DNA of 63,961 nucleotides, counting the filler, from Octopus bimaculoides (lineage: Eukaryota), in assembly GCF_001194135.2 (NCBI RefSeq). It is 6 parts of 6 records of this genome, joined end to end, with 100 filler letters (N's around TTAATTAATTAA, not from the genome) between each part and the next. Parts side by side here need not be neighbours in the genome. Positions count along the whole stretch, not along the records: positions 1 to 16,447 come from NC_068983.1; 5 more parts are not named here. One strand, written 5' to 3'. Position 1 is the first letter of the stretch. The number at the start of each line of letters is the position of its first letter. Positions 1 through 13,310 of the stretch are shown piece after piece. Under the pieces are notes generated by a model that was not told the DNA's origin, searched no databases, and was given only the letters and a program-made list of their open reading frames with translations. A program made the position numbers and the translations under genes.

Positions 1-379
1 ATATATATATATATATATACATATCTACGTACATATATACACCATAACGTATATACGCATACGAATATATTAACATATGTCTGGTGTATTGAATATTAAA
101 TTAAGAAAATGGTGCAATAAATTCATGTACGATACTTAAGTGCAATTTAAATTTAAAAAATATAAATTTAGAGAAATATAAATTTGAGATTTAAATATGA
201 AAATGAGGAAAAATTTCACCTTGGTGAAATTTAAATTTAAATTTTGTAAACACTCGAAAGTTTTCTTGAAATCAAAAAATGTAAAATTTAAAAATGTACA
301 ATGTAAAATCGAAAAATGTACGAGAATTATAATACTAAATGATTTCTGTATTATGTGTAAAGGTCAAGTTCAAATTTTC

Positions 380-1075
380 GCACGTTATTCTTTCACTTGA
401 CATTTTATATAACATAGCTAGCCTGCAGGAATCTAAAATCTCCGGTTTTTGGTTTAGTGCGTATTTATCGTAGAAGAGGATGAAGAGCGTTTCAGTCAGT
501 TACAAATTGCAGCGCATCAGGCGTCTATATGCCCTCCGCTTATATGATGCTGCTTTCTCCAAAACTGCCCACCTGATTTTGAATGGACATCAGCTGGATA
601 TCATTTTCTTTCAATTGACAGGCTTGTTTAGTAAGGCTTGCTGTCCTATTTTGGGGCATCGAAAGGAATTTCAGTGTGAATATAATTTAGTATTCAAGGG
701 ATTTTCCGAAGCTCCTATATATATATATTCTGTATTCTTGTGAGCCATCTATTTGTAGCTTAGCTCTATAGAGATTTCCTTTCTCAAGACAATTTCTTCC
801 TAAAAGACAGGAACTTTGATATTTACAATTGCAACTCTCCTTGTTTATTTCTGCACTGTGCTTACTTCTGGTGGTTTTTGTGTTGTGCTGGTTAATCAGA
901 GAGGCGAAGTTTTTGCAACAAGAATAGTTGACCTACAACGTACTTCAAATAAAAATTGTATTTCATTTATGACTAGCTTAGAAGGGTTTAGAAACTAGAA
1001 ACTAATTTTAAGAATTTTCTAACTATACTTACTTATACGGATTACACAAGATTATACCACAAAACATTCCTAGTT
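380..1075 (-). mobile_element. Degraded Penelope-like retroelement 3' part (RT-EN linker and GIY-YIG endonuclease pseudogene)
   Basis: Minus-strand translation across stops and frameshifts gives NYSCCKNFASLINQHN...ESCNCKYQSSCLLGRNCLEKGNLYRAKLQIDGSQEYRIYIGASENPLNTKLYSH...IRWAVLEKAASY...RCNL*LTETLFILF...LNQKPEILDSCR. This matches the PLE pattern CNC..C.L.G.CL / VIY / YIG / RCNLCLTEK / LN...E....CRH. Confidence 0.75.
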
Positions 1076-1104
1076 ATAGTGCTACCGGTTCTATTATAGT
1101 TTGG

Positions 1105-1198
<94 letters not shown>

Positions 1199-2029
1199 GC
1201 GTGTGTGTGTGTGCGTGTAGATACCTATACATACTTAAACACGCACACATATATTTATGAATGTACATACCTATACATACATTAGCATATATATTCATAT
1301 CTATATTTTGTTTGTATATGTGTATATATGTATATACTTGTTTGTGCGCGTGTGTATGTGTAAGTAAATGATTTGTACATGTTTGTACGTGTTTTTATTT
1401 ATGTAAGTGAATATTTTATAATAACAAGAATTGTATTTTTTTAATTGAATTTATTTTACCATTAAGTAATTCAATGTTTTCTCCTTCCAACTAAAGTTAA
1501 TTTTGATTTAAGGCTTTCTTCGAATTTACATAAAATTCTCTTTAAATTGTAATTGTAATTTTATGTATATCGCCGGTTCTCAAAAAGATAGTTCAAATGA
1601 CGAATGAAAGCAAACCAATTTCGAATGTGTAACTGTCAATGTAAACTGTATGTTTATAAATATAACATTAATTTTTTGGCGGTAACAGTAACGAGGAACA
1701 CTGAGGAACAGTTTTTTGTGCTGTTCTGTCAGCTCTAATAATATTACATATATACATATATATGATATATATGTATAAACACATACAAAAATGCATACAC
1801 ACACATCCACACAAACACCGACTCACACATAGAACACAGACAAACATATACACGCACACACGTACATGTTATCTTTAATAGCAGGTTAACACGTAGCTTA
1901 CTATTTAAACTTAATTAGATGTACGTTTCTTTTTTTCTTTTTTTCCGTATTAGAAAAAATTAGAGTAAACAGCTGCGTATTGTAGTAATATATGTCTAAA
2001 TTTTACATCGTTTTTTACTAGAGAATATT

Positions 2030-2238
2030 CTTTTCTACATTAGCCACAAGGCCCGAATTTATTTGGTGGGGGCCAATCAATTAGATCGACCCAGTTAGCA
2101 ACTGGTACTTAATTTATAGACCCCGAAATGATGAGAGGCAAAGTCGACTTCGGGACAACTTGAAGTTAGCGTAAAAACAGATGAAATAACGTTAAGCATT
2201 TAAGCCCGGCGTGCTAACGTTTTTGCCAACTCACCGCC
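2030..2238 (-). mobile_element. tRNA-derived SINE, family C (~210 bp)
   Basis: Reverse complement of the family C copy at 53003-53213 (GTCGACTTTGCCT.TCAT...CGGGGTC.ATAAATTAAGTACCAG core). Flanked by an 18-bp direct repeat TTTTTACTAGAGAATATT (2012-2029, 2239-2256). Confidence 0.8.
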
Positions 2239-2260
2239 TTTTTACTAGAGAATATTATGG

Positions 2261-2548
2261 AAATCCTTTTAGCCCCTTGTGGAGCGTAGGGCCAGATTCT
2301 CGGGTTCCATGGTGTATGTGTTTCCCATCAGCTGGACAGGACGCCAGTCCATCGCAGCTTTTTACTCAAGAAAGAGGAAGAAAGAGTGAGAGAAAGTTGG
2401 GTCGAAAGAGTACAACAGGGGTCGCCCCCCCCCCGCCAGAGCCTCGTGGAGCATTAGGTGTTTTCGCTCAACGCCCGGTCTAGGAATTGAAAACCGCAAT
2501 CCTGTGACCGCGAGTCCGCTGCCGTAACCACTGGGCCATTGTGCCTCC
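2261..2548 (-). mobile_element. tRNA-derived SINE with family A head/body and an alternative 3' tail
   Basis: Head TGGAGGCACAATGGCCCAGTGGTT (A-box) and a B-box-like GGTTTTCAATTCC, shared with family A. The tail contains GCGATGGACTGGCGTCCTGTCCAG. 14-bp TSD AGAGAATATTATGG (2247-2260, 2549-2562). Confidence 0.85.
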
Positions 2549-4388
2549 AGAGAATATTATGGCAGATGGTAAATTACAAATAGACGTGATTGAAACGAAA
2601 TATTTCCATTTTGATATTATTAAATTATGTCCACCAATGAAATTAGAATAAATGGATCAAATTCGATATGTGAATCAAATATTTTATATAACGTTCCCTA
2701 GATAAAATCAGTTTCTCTTTATAGAAGAGCCCTGTTCATAAGAGTAGGAGTCTGTCATAGAACCATTTTTTCCAAGATACATTTTCATATGAAAATATGC
2801 ACTTATTAATATTGTGTACATTTACACATTTTGTAACTATTACAGCGAAATGGATTGTAACATCTTAAGTGTTTTTTTGGGTGAGGCACAGAGAATGCAA
2901 TAGTAACAATATCAAAAATGAAAAAGTGATGTATTCATTATTGTTGCCCATGTATACCATTATGATTATTTATAGGATACATACATACATACATGCATAG
3001 ATATATACATACATATGTNNNNNNNNNNNNNNNNNNNNNNNNNNNNNNNNNNNNNNNNNNNNNNNNNNNNNNNNNNNTATATATATGCGAGTAAAAATAA
3101 ATACAAAAAAGGGGTTTTGTATGATTGTGTATAGAGGAATATATTATTTTGTTTAAAAGAGTTCCAACACTGTCTGTTTTTTATGTTTTATTTATATTCC
3201 TGCAAAACCAATGTGGGATATAGAATATGGAATATACAATATATAATATAATATACAATATATAATATAAAATAAAAATGGATGGTACTATGAAATAAAG
3301 TATTGAATGTCTTATTGAATATATGGAATATGTCTTATTGAATAGATGAAATATTCGATAGAAAAGTGAGTTTCTATCGAAGACATGACTAGCTGTATAT
3401 GTGTGTTTGTTTAGTTTATTTTTTAATATGTTGATTTGGGGAAGGTAATAATTTTGTGTCAAAATATTATTTTTTTCTTTTTTATTCAGAAAATAGTCAG
3501 CTGCATGTATACACTGCATTAAATAATTTTCAGTGGGGAGAAACATTTTATTGAATTAATGACAAATTCCTTTTTATTAAGAATATGGTCAGTTGTGTGT
3601 ATTATTGAGTTAAATTAATTTCAAATATGGTCAACAATTTTTTAAAAAGTAAACAGTAGGAATTATTTTTCGCTTGATATGTGGCGGGTCTATGTGCTTC
3701 TATGTTTGTTATTTGTAATGTATGTATGTTTGGTTATTTGGGAATATGTTGTTTTGAGAGAATGTGCATGCGTGTGTGTTTGTTTTCTGAGTCGTATGTG
3801 TTTTGCTTTTAAGAATACGTTGTTTTGAGGAAGGACTTATTTTTGACAAAATATATATTGAATTCTATAGTAGGATGCTTTATGTGTGTGCGTCTGAAAG
3901 GGGTGTGCATGTGTAAGTGTGCGTATATATATATATATATATATATATATNNNNNNNNNNNNNNNNNNNNNNNNNNNNNNNNNNNNNNNNNNNNNNNNNN
4001 NNNNNNNNNNNNNNNNNNNNNNNNNNNNNNNNNNNNNNNNNNNNNNNNNNNNNNNNNNNNNNNNNNNNNNNNNNNNNNNNNNNNNNNNNNNNNNNNNNNN
4101 NNNNNNNNNNNNNNNNNNNNNNNNNNNNNNNNNNNNNNNNNNNNNNNNNNNNNNNNNNNNNNNNNNNNNNNNNNNNAAAAAAAAATTATAATCATAGTAA
4201 TTATAATTAAATTTATGCATTGTCATTCTCATCAGTGTGAGGAATTTTTGAAAGAACATCAAAAAAGTTTAATACAGTAAAATAAAATAAAAAACAATAA
4301 GGGATAATACAGATGGGGTAATAGGGAAAAATCGGATATTTACAAACAAGTTGTAAAAGGGGAAATAATAATATAAATAATAATAATA

Positions 4389-4439
<51 letters not shown>

Positions 4440-4980
4440 GTGAGACAGCTGAAAAAGAAAAACAAAGACATATCAATGTGTATGCAACGCTACATATACA
4501 GAAAATTATAACATATAAATAAAAGTCTAACGGATATGTTTAAGAAAACACACGGGTCGAACAAAGTATAATGCAAATAAGGCCACATGAGTCTAGTAGA
4601 ATATAATGCAACAGGTTCACTAGATGAAAAGGCTATAGAGCGTAATATGTATACATATCAATATTGAAAACGAAGAATATATATATTTTACAAGAGGCTT
4701 AAAGCTGAGAGACAAGACAATGTATTAATGTATGTACAAGCAGATGAAAAAAAACGAATTAACAAAGAGAAACAGAGATCAAAGACAGGACAGGCCGGTG
4801 TATTCAAAATAGTTCGTTTACTCAAAAAATAGCCCAGGGTAGGGGAGACAATCAAAGAAGAATTAGCACACAAACGAATATACGGAGAAAATTATCATTA
4901 TTTTACAATAGAGAGACGTATATACTTAACGCATAAAAATATGCAGTCATACATACATACATGCATACATACATACTTAC

Positions 4981-5011
<31 letters not shown>

Positions 5012-5213
5012 TGCATATATATACACATACATACACATACACACACCCGTGCATGCACACACACGTGCATGCACTCACATACACATACAAGAGTGCATGT
5101 GTAAGGGAAGATACAAATAAATAAAATAAAGGAGTACGTATTCACATAAAACGTATATACATATATATATGCATCCACACGCACACATATACATATACAT
5201 ACACACACACACG

Positions 5214-5251
<38 letters not shown>

Positions 5252-5411
5252 CGCACATATACGAATTTATACATACACGCATTTATATACACATACATAT
5301 GCACACATTTCTACACATCCACACATGCAAAAGTGGGAGAAACATACATGCATATACACCAAAGAAAACAAATATATAAAAATATACATAAACATAAACA
5401 TATAGATACAT

Positions 5412-5734
5412 AATATCTATCAATACGAGTATCGATTTGAGATGGAAAAGAAACAATCAATTATAATACGTAACTTGACATTCAGGCGTCACTGGAATTA
5501 ATCCTTCTCTATCTGCATTATTCCTTCTATATCAAATTGGTACATGTTATTAAACTCGACATAATCAAGTAAATAATGTGCAATATATTTGTAGTTAATT
5601 TACTCACACGGCAAATGCTTCCAACAACTTAATAGCTTAGAAGATAATGAGTGATTAGAAAATCGATGCCGATCCTAGAATATACCAAACTTTTAGACCT
5701 AAGATTACCCTGCAGGACCATAAACCATGTAAAC

Positions 5735-5811
<77 letters not shown>

Positions 5812-6491
5812 TACACACACGCACGCACTCACATATTCAGTTTATAAGATTAATTAGATAAAACTCAGACAGCAAATGCTACCGTTACTATTGTTATTGA
5901 ACTGCTTATGTTGATTTTGTGATTTTACTGCCGACGTCAATATTGATCAAGCAATTCCTATATTCGAAACCATGCCATATGTTGCTCTTATATATTTCGA
6001 ATGCATTCGTATTTTCTGAGCTAGTTAGGTTTGATTTCAGAGGCAGTTGACTGCTTTTGTTAGTGACACGTTGACTTCACACTGACCTCGTCATTAATTC
6101 ATGCCTTATACAGTAGTGATCTAAGACAGAGCAGTGTTTAAAATTAAGACTGATGTCACTTGTTAGGGTTATATTGCATATTTAATGCAGAGCATGTCAG
6201 CTAAATAGAACTACCAGAAAATTTTGATTGATTAACGTGCAACATAAGAAAGAATTAGTCATTAATTACATGGTTCGATACGACTTAATACTAAGTGTAA
6301 ATTAACTACTAATATATTGTACATTGTTTACGTGATTATTATGTCGAGTTTAATAACATGGACCAATGTGATATAGAAGGAATAACGCAGATATAGAAAG
6401 AATAATGCTAGTGACGCCTGAATGTCAAGTTATGTATTATAATTGATTGTTTCTTTTCCATCTCAAATTGATACTCGTATCGATAGATATT
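5412..6491. mobile_element. Foldback/MITE-like element with ~190-bp terminal inverted repeats
   Basis: 5412-~5604 is the near-perfect reverse complement of ~6296-6491 (e.g. TAACTTGACATTCAGGCGTCACT vs AGTGACGCCTGAATGTCAAGTTA). The spacer contains (CA)n at ~5736-5830. No ORF. Confidence 0.75.
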
Positions 6492-6507
6492 GGCTATCCA
6501 TCCATCC

Positions 6508-6577
<70 letters not shown>

Positions 6578-7089
6578 GTGGTATACACGCACACATACAT
6601 GTGTATATGTTTTTGTATTTACACAGATGATTGTATGCACACAACATTGTATGTGGCTTAGACATTCAAACCAAAATACATTGACATTGATTTAATCAGT
6701 AGAAATAATAAGAATATTAGTTAGAATCATATATTATATATATATATGGCAGAAATGGCAACAAAAGAAAGAAAGAAACCTCGATATTATGCAAATAGAG
6801 GAAGGTATCTGTAAAGATACGCTACTNNNNNNNNNNNNNNNNNNNNNNNNNNNNNNNNNNNNNNNNNNNNNNNNNNNNNNNNNNNNNNNNNNNNNNNNNN
6901 NNNNNNNNNNNNNNNNNNNNNNNNNNNNNNNNNNNNNNNNNNNNNNNNNNNNNNNNNNNNNNNNNNNNNNNNNNNNNNNNNNNNNNNNNNNNNNNNNNNN
7001 NNNNNNNNNNNNNNNNNNNNNNNNNNNNNNNNNATATATATATATATATATACATATATATATACATATACATATACATATATAGTTTT

Positions 7090-8430
7090 AGTCTCATCTG
7101 GGGCCCCTTCTATATCCAAGGAGTCGGTAGGATTTCTTATGGCTTTATTGCCTCTCTGTCTTCTAATGTTTGACGTTATGGTTGCCGCGTCTTTCCGTTT
7201 TGGCATTGCAACGAATGTGGCGTTGGGAATTTTGGACCACCGTGAGGCACCTCTCTCGACTTCTCCATAGTGGGAGAGAAAGCGTTTAAGAGGCCGGTTT
7301 GCTACGGATGTAACTCTTGGGTTTTCTACCCTACACGACCGTGTCTAAATGCTCGCACTCTCAGAAACAGAAAGGCTCCGGGATACCTTCTCACCTCTCC
7401 ATGCTCCTCTATCATGGCCAGTACTCTGGCCTGGTACCTATGAGGAGGTACGCCTGAAGCCCTGAATTGGTCACACGACGTCCCATCTATAAAGGCAGCA
7501 CCACGTATTGCTCAGTGGAGCTGGTCATTGTGACCATCCTACGCACTCCCTCTTCCTTGATATATATAGCTACCAAGGTCCTATGTTGTTTTCTTCGGCG
7601 GATATAGATTACGTAACGCCACACCTCCTCCAGGCACTTTTCCATTTCGCCTGTAGAAGGACATAGCGGCTTTCTTTCTCTACATTTAATGCACTTCTAA
7701 ATTATCGTTCGCTTTTTGGTGGAAATCCTTTCCTCTTCGAGGAGAGCCACGGCGCCGGGTCGAAAGGTATCTGTTTCATACTATTTGATTGCCTCTGCTT
7801 TCTCTTACATCGAATGTGTGGTCCATGCATTTATCATGTTTACGAAGAACATTTTTCCTTCGGATGTGTATTCTCTCTACTGGCTTCGTAAATAGCATTA
7901 CTCTTGATACTGTTTATGCCTTTTGCTGATGCTTTTTTGGTGCCGATACTGCTGCTGATTGTTATAATATCATCGCTGTTGTTGCTGCGGGTTTCGTTAT
8001 TAATATTACTGTTGTTGGCCTTGTTCTTGCTGATGTCGTTATTGTTGTTGTTGTTGGAGTTTTCACGGGTCATGCTGTTGTTAGTGGTCTTGTTTTGGCT
8101 GTTGGCGATGTTGTCGTTGGTGTTGGTGGTGATGGTAGTAGTGGTGTTGGTGATGATAGTGGTGTTATTCTCTGTAAGTTCTTTTGCAAAAGTCAAAGGG
8201 AATGGCGACCGCTACGCTTGGTTGGCTACTGCGCATTTTCTCCTACACACATTCCTCTGTTTAGACAAGGGCTTCTCATGTTTTGAAAAAAGATAGATTG
8301 AAAAATATGCCCGGGTACGTTTACGGCACTGGCAGAAAGCCCGTTCAGGGATTCGAGATTGAAATGGGTTGAACCTCTTTGATACATCCGCGAAACAATA
8401 ATTCCAATTTCAGCGGCCGAAAATGGCAAA
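7090..8430 (-). mobile_element. Probable 5' part (UTR and ORF1 remnant) of a degraded L1/Tx1-like LINE
   Basis: GC-richer island. The minus strand gives GRKPKSYI.S.KTG.LKRF, resembling a decayed CCHC zinc knuckle (GRKPKCYICGKTGHLKRFC). Interrupted by a (GTT/GAT/GCT)n low-complexity tract at 7900-8170. Many stops. Confidence 0.35.
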
Positions 8431-11400
8431 GGATAAGCAAAGTTAGAGAAAACTCAAGTTGATGTCTCCTCCTTCATTAGTGAACTCAACATAAACTCAA
8501 CATAATGCATACAGTAACGATGTGTCAGGTTAATCGTTCATGTATATATTTCGTATTTGCTGAGCTGGTACATTTCACGCGTTTCTACAAATTTCGATAG
8601 TAAATCAATAATAATTTAAACTAGCTGCTCTTTCAAAGCACGCTCTAAGAATATTATCACACATGGAATCATTTCAACGTCTATAACGTATACTAACTGT
8701 TCGCATAACCAACAGCAAAAATCTGAAATTTCGGTATTATCCATTCTTCTCACCAGTTGAAATAAGAATTTGTGCATTGTGTAAAAAAATATTTTTAGGA
8801 ATGTTTGTTCTCAGTTTCGTACTCTAAAGTTTATATTTTATAATATTTGATTTGAATTTCGTTTTGCAAAGATGAATGTTCTATTTATGTGCGAAAATGT
8901 CATTTCTAATTAAATATTCTTTGAAATTTTAACTAGTGTCATTTACAAATTAAACGTAAAAGGAAAATTGCATTGCGCTACAGTGCAGTATATGATGTAC
9001 TAAGAAGTTTCTTTTGTTTTTGAAGTGTAAAATTAGTGATGACAGATAAATTTCAAATCATACATTATTATCTCCAAGGCATTTATTAATCAATTTAACA
9101 TGTTAGAAATAAAAAGCTGTTACAGTTAAATATTCGCAATTGCTTGCAATTACAACATTATTATCATACACTGAATCAGCCATGTATGATTTTCCTTGCT
9201 TCTTTCAATTCATTCCTATCGACTTTGGAAACTTCAAATATAGAACAAAACGGCAATTGCTGTTGTTCGAATTCTCCTATTTTAGTATTTCTCTAAAACG
9301 AGAAACACTAAAATTGGAGATTTCAAAATGCCTATAATTTACGATGTAGCAAGCTCTTTGTTTCTGCTCAAACTTTTCGCAAAACTCAAAATGAATATTA
9401 CACATTAAGCAATATATTTTTGTATGGATTTCAAAGAAGCCAGTGATGAAAAGTGAGATCAAGTATCTGCAAAATGAATGCACTCAAAATTCCGAATAAA
9501 TTCAAATGCGGTGAGGATAGAAGTCATGATATCTGAGACGTTTGCACTTGAGTAACGCCTTCATTTGTTCTTTTCTCATTTGTCGTCTAAGAAAACGAGG
9601 TATGACACTTACCTATTTTCCGTGAAATGGAATATTATTACCGATTTTATCCACTTTGCCTCACTATTACTTTGTTAAATATTTAACTATTCTTTTTACA
9701 AGTCGTCTAATGAGAAATTGCTTTTGAGCAATGATATTTTGAACATTGTATTAGAAGCCAATTTTTAAAAGTATACTTTAATGACCATTGCTCTGAACAA
9801 AATATTAGAAATTAAAAAAATGATTTTAGAAACTGTAGCGACCTAATGAACTGAATAGAATATGGGTGTCATATGATGTCCCATTTTTAAAAATATTAAT
9901 GTGTAACTGGTAATGCAGTAAAGATTAGAGCACTTTAAATTGTGTTAGATTACTATAAAAGTGTGCAGTACGTTTACAACATATTCACAATCAAAGAACA
10001 ACATTAGCTGCAACATTGTATTGCAGGAAAACTCTTCTTAAGTGACAGCGTGTGTAAAAACACAGAGCTCATTTAGAATATCATCCGTGGATCTTGAGAC
10101 ACTGGGATTTCGACCTGTTTTATTTTCCCGAATGAGGAACGTACACCAGATGTTCTGAACTAACTTGACAGCATCGATTCCGTATAGAAATTAGTAAACT
10201 CAACAATTTGCTAATCTGAGTGAAAAACTGCCCGGCTGATATACGAGCATGAAACAGGGTAGGATTAAAATAACGACCTGCATAACGATATTTTTATTGG
10301 GTGATCTTTCTCACACAGAATATTGTAGCTATCTGCTTTCTACATCTGTATAGCCATTTTATGTATTTCCGATCAATACATTTTAGGGGCTCAATGAAGA
10401 AATATGTTCTTATCATCTAGCTATTACTCTAGATATTTGGGACTCTAGATAAGTACTTTCCTATCTAAGAGAACGTATTACATTATGCTCCAATGACTAA
10501 TGCTGTTGAGCCAGCACATCCCAATGACACATGAATTTAAGTTAGAGAGAAAAGGACATATAATTAGATTATACCAGTATCATCATTGTACTTTCTGGGA
10601 ACAATAATTGTGGACTGCATATATACGTGCGTTGCAGCAGGGGAGAGACAAGTTGTAGAAATGATTTTGTTCGGTAGATTTACTACGGGCGAATGCAAAT
10701 TATTGGTTTAAATTTCTTACATAAATAACCGTAATGACCAAAGAAAAGTGAAATTGTTTTAGTATATAGGTGAGTTTTATTTGCTAAAAATTGCAAGTAC
10801 ATTTTATTTTGATAGGTTTTTGAGAATTGTCTGCTTGATATGTTGATATATTTCATCAATAGAATATAAACTATCACGTATAAGAAACATATTATGATAA
10901 CCCTATTATTTTTTATGTTCGCAAAGACAATAATATACTATATTCATATTTGTTTACTTACCACAACAAATGAACCACTCACTAAAGCTAATTCGTCGAA
11001 TATTAGATTGTCATATATATGTTTTGTAATATTTCTTTTGTTTCCTATTTTTGAAAGTTATGCATTTTCCCAGCTATATCGATCATGAAAATAACCCATT
11101 CAGACATCTTAATTTCTCGTGTGTGAAATAGGTTACTGTAAATTGTATGCCACTAGATAATTTATTAAACCACATGATGTCACTAGATTACCTCAATTAT
11201 CCAGGGGAAAATCTTTGAGTCTACGGAGACAAAGTAAATTAGGTCCTTAATCCATGCATAAACCAGTTGCACTCTGTTAAATTGAAATTCATCTTCAGAT
11301 GTACCTATTAACAAAAGTTTCTCTGCGATTCACACTCCACGATTAATTACAGTTGTGAAACTATAGTGTAATATTCGAAGGTGAGTTTTTGAGAGAGTGT

Positions 11401-11460
11401 GGAATCCGAAAGCTTTCGGGTTTAACTGACTTGAGATCGGCACTTCACGAAGTTGAAATG

Positions 11461-11649
11461 TCTTTTACTTATAATGCTGGGTAACCGCCTTAAGGAATTT
11501 TAGTCGAAGGAATCGACCCAACGCTTCTTTTTATAATGCTTGGTACTTATTCTTTCGGTCTCTTTTGTCAAACAGCTAATACGCGGAAGTAAACAGCACC
11601 GGTTGCGAGGCGTGGCGTGGGGACAAACACAGACACAGAGAGACGCACA

Positions 11650-11717
<68 letters not shown>

Positions 11718-11881
11718 CAACGGGTTTCTTTCAGTTTCCGTTTATGGAATTCACTCACAAGGTTTTGGTCGAACTGAGGTTATGTTAGAAGTAACTCATT
11801 AATGGTGTCACGCAGTGGGACTGCAACCGAAACCATGTGGTTTGGATGCAGACATCTTACTTCACAACCACTCCTGCACCT
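11461..11881 (-). mobile_element. tRNA-derived SINE, family B (internal microsatellite), diverged full-length copy
   Basis: Reverse complement of the family B consensus (AGG.GCAGGAGTGG.TGTG...CAGTCCCACTGCGTG...AAGTAAAAGA), with internal (CA)n at ~11652-11718. Confidence 0.85.
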
Positions 11882-13310
11882 ATGGAAAATGTAATTAAAG
11901 ATTTCTTGTCTTAAGTATATAATAAGCTAGGAAGAACAAACAAAATTGTAAAGAAAAAGTTATCAACGAAAATGTGTAAGAAAGGATTAAACTTTGAAGG
12001 TGATATATAACGGTATTTCTATGCTTATACAACGGTATATCTATGTATATACTATGTTAATGATACCAGTTGGTTTAAACATGACTATTTTATTAATTTT
12101 CATATTTAGAATTCAGTGCTCGTTTTCTTACTATGAAGCGAATGGAGCACATGCATTATATTTTGAGATGGTACTATCAATTTGTCATTTTCAATGCCAG
12201 TTAAAATACGTATTCCATTGAGAGTATTGGATTCTTTTAGATGCATCTACTTGCAACAAACAAAATCTGAATTATGTATAACTTTATTCACATCTCTTGA
12301 AAACAAAATCAAATATATGTTGGCAAAACTATTGCTTCTTCTAGATAAATAAATAAATTTATGAGAAAATGGATTTTGAGAAATGTGCTTTTGTAAAATA
12401 TATAACCTATAATTTATTTATCATATTTTATCATAAGATACGTTAATTGCAGGAAATATTTATGAAACGATCAGTTATATAGAGGTGCGCTATATCTATT
12501 ATGATTCATTTCCCTGTGGGCATGAAACAGACACTTTCAGGTATTGTAAATGACAGTACTAGTGTCCCTCAATGGAACTTGATTATTTAAAGCGAGTAGC
12601 TTTGAAATATGTACTTATTCTTTTAATTGATATTTTAGATTTGTGAAGGAAATACACGGTTTCAAACAATAAAATAACATACATAAAACTTTATATATAA
12701 ATCGTTTATGCAAACTGTTTTCACATATATTCCTAGGAATAGATTTTAATACTTATTTTAAGACTAATATATCAAAACAATCTATATTACATTTCCGCAA
12801 TGTAATTTCACGATTAGATATCGTAGTTCTTAGATTATCCTGTATTTTGGAACTAATGTTACGTACTCTGGATTTAGGACAATTTCTCAAAGATGAAATT
12901 TGCATCTAATATATAATATTTGTATCTGAGTCTCCATTTCGTTTTCTTCATTTCTGAAACACTTATCTGTACTCTGTTCAACCTAATTAGTAAAATACAT
13001 TAATAAACTCCACAATGAAATACGAACAGTAAAATACGAACTAATGTAAAGTGAATATAAACACACTGATATCGCATGTATGACGGGCGAATAGGTACAA
13101 CATCATATCTCACCGGTAAATAATACTGTGATGACATTTTCAGACAACTGCTTATGATGTGGGTGATATCTTCGGTGTTAACTCTACAGTCTACATCGAT
13201 ATGTATGTTTATATGCATGCATGCATATACGAGCTATATAGTATGTATGTATATATGTATGTATCTATGTAAGCATGCTTGCATGTATGTACGTACATAT
13301 GTGTGAATTT

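Noticed and set aside
3354-3392. 11-bp hairpin TTCGATAGAAA/TTTCTATCGAA followed by CTAG, resembling a Helitron 3' end
   Set aside because: The hairpin is AT-rich, CTAG is not followed by T, and no 5' TC end or second copy was identified.
7840-8296. 118-aa N/T-rich and 130-aa L/V-rich ORFs that look like membrane or low-complexity proteins
   Set aside because: Both are opposite-strand readings of one decayed (GTT/GAT/GCT)n tract.
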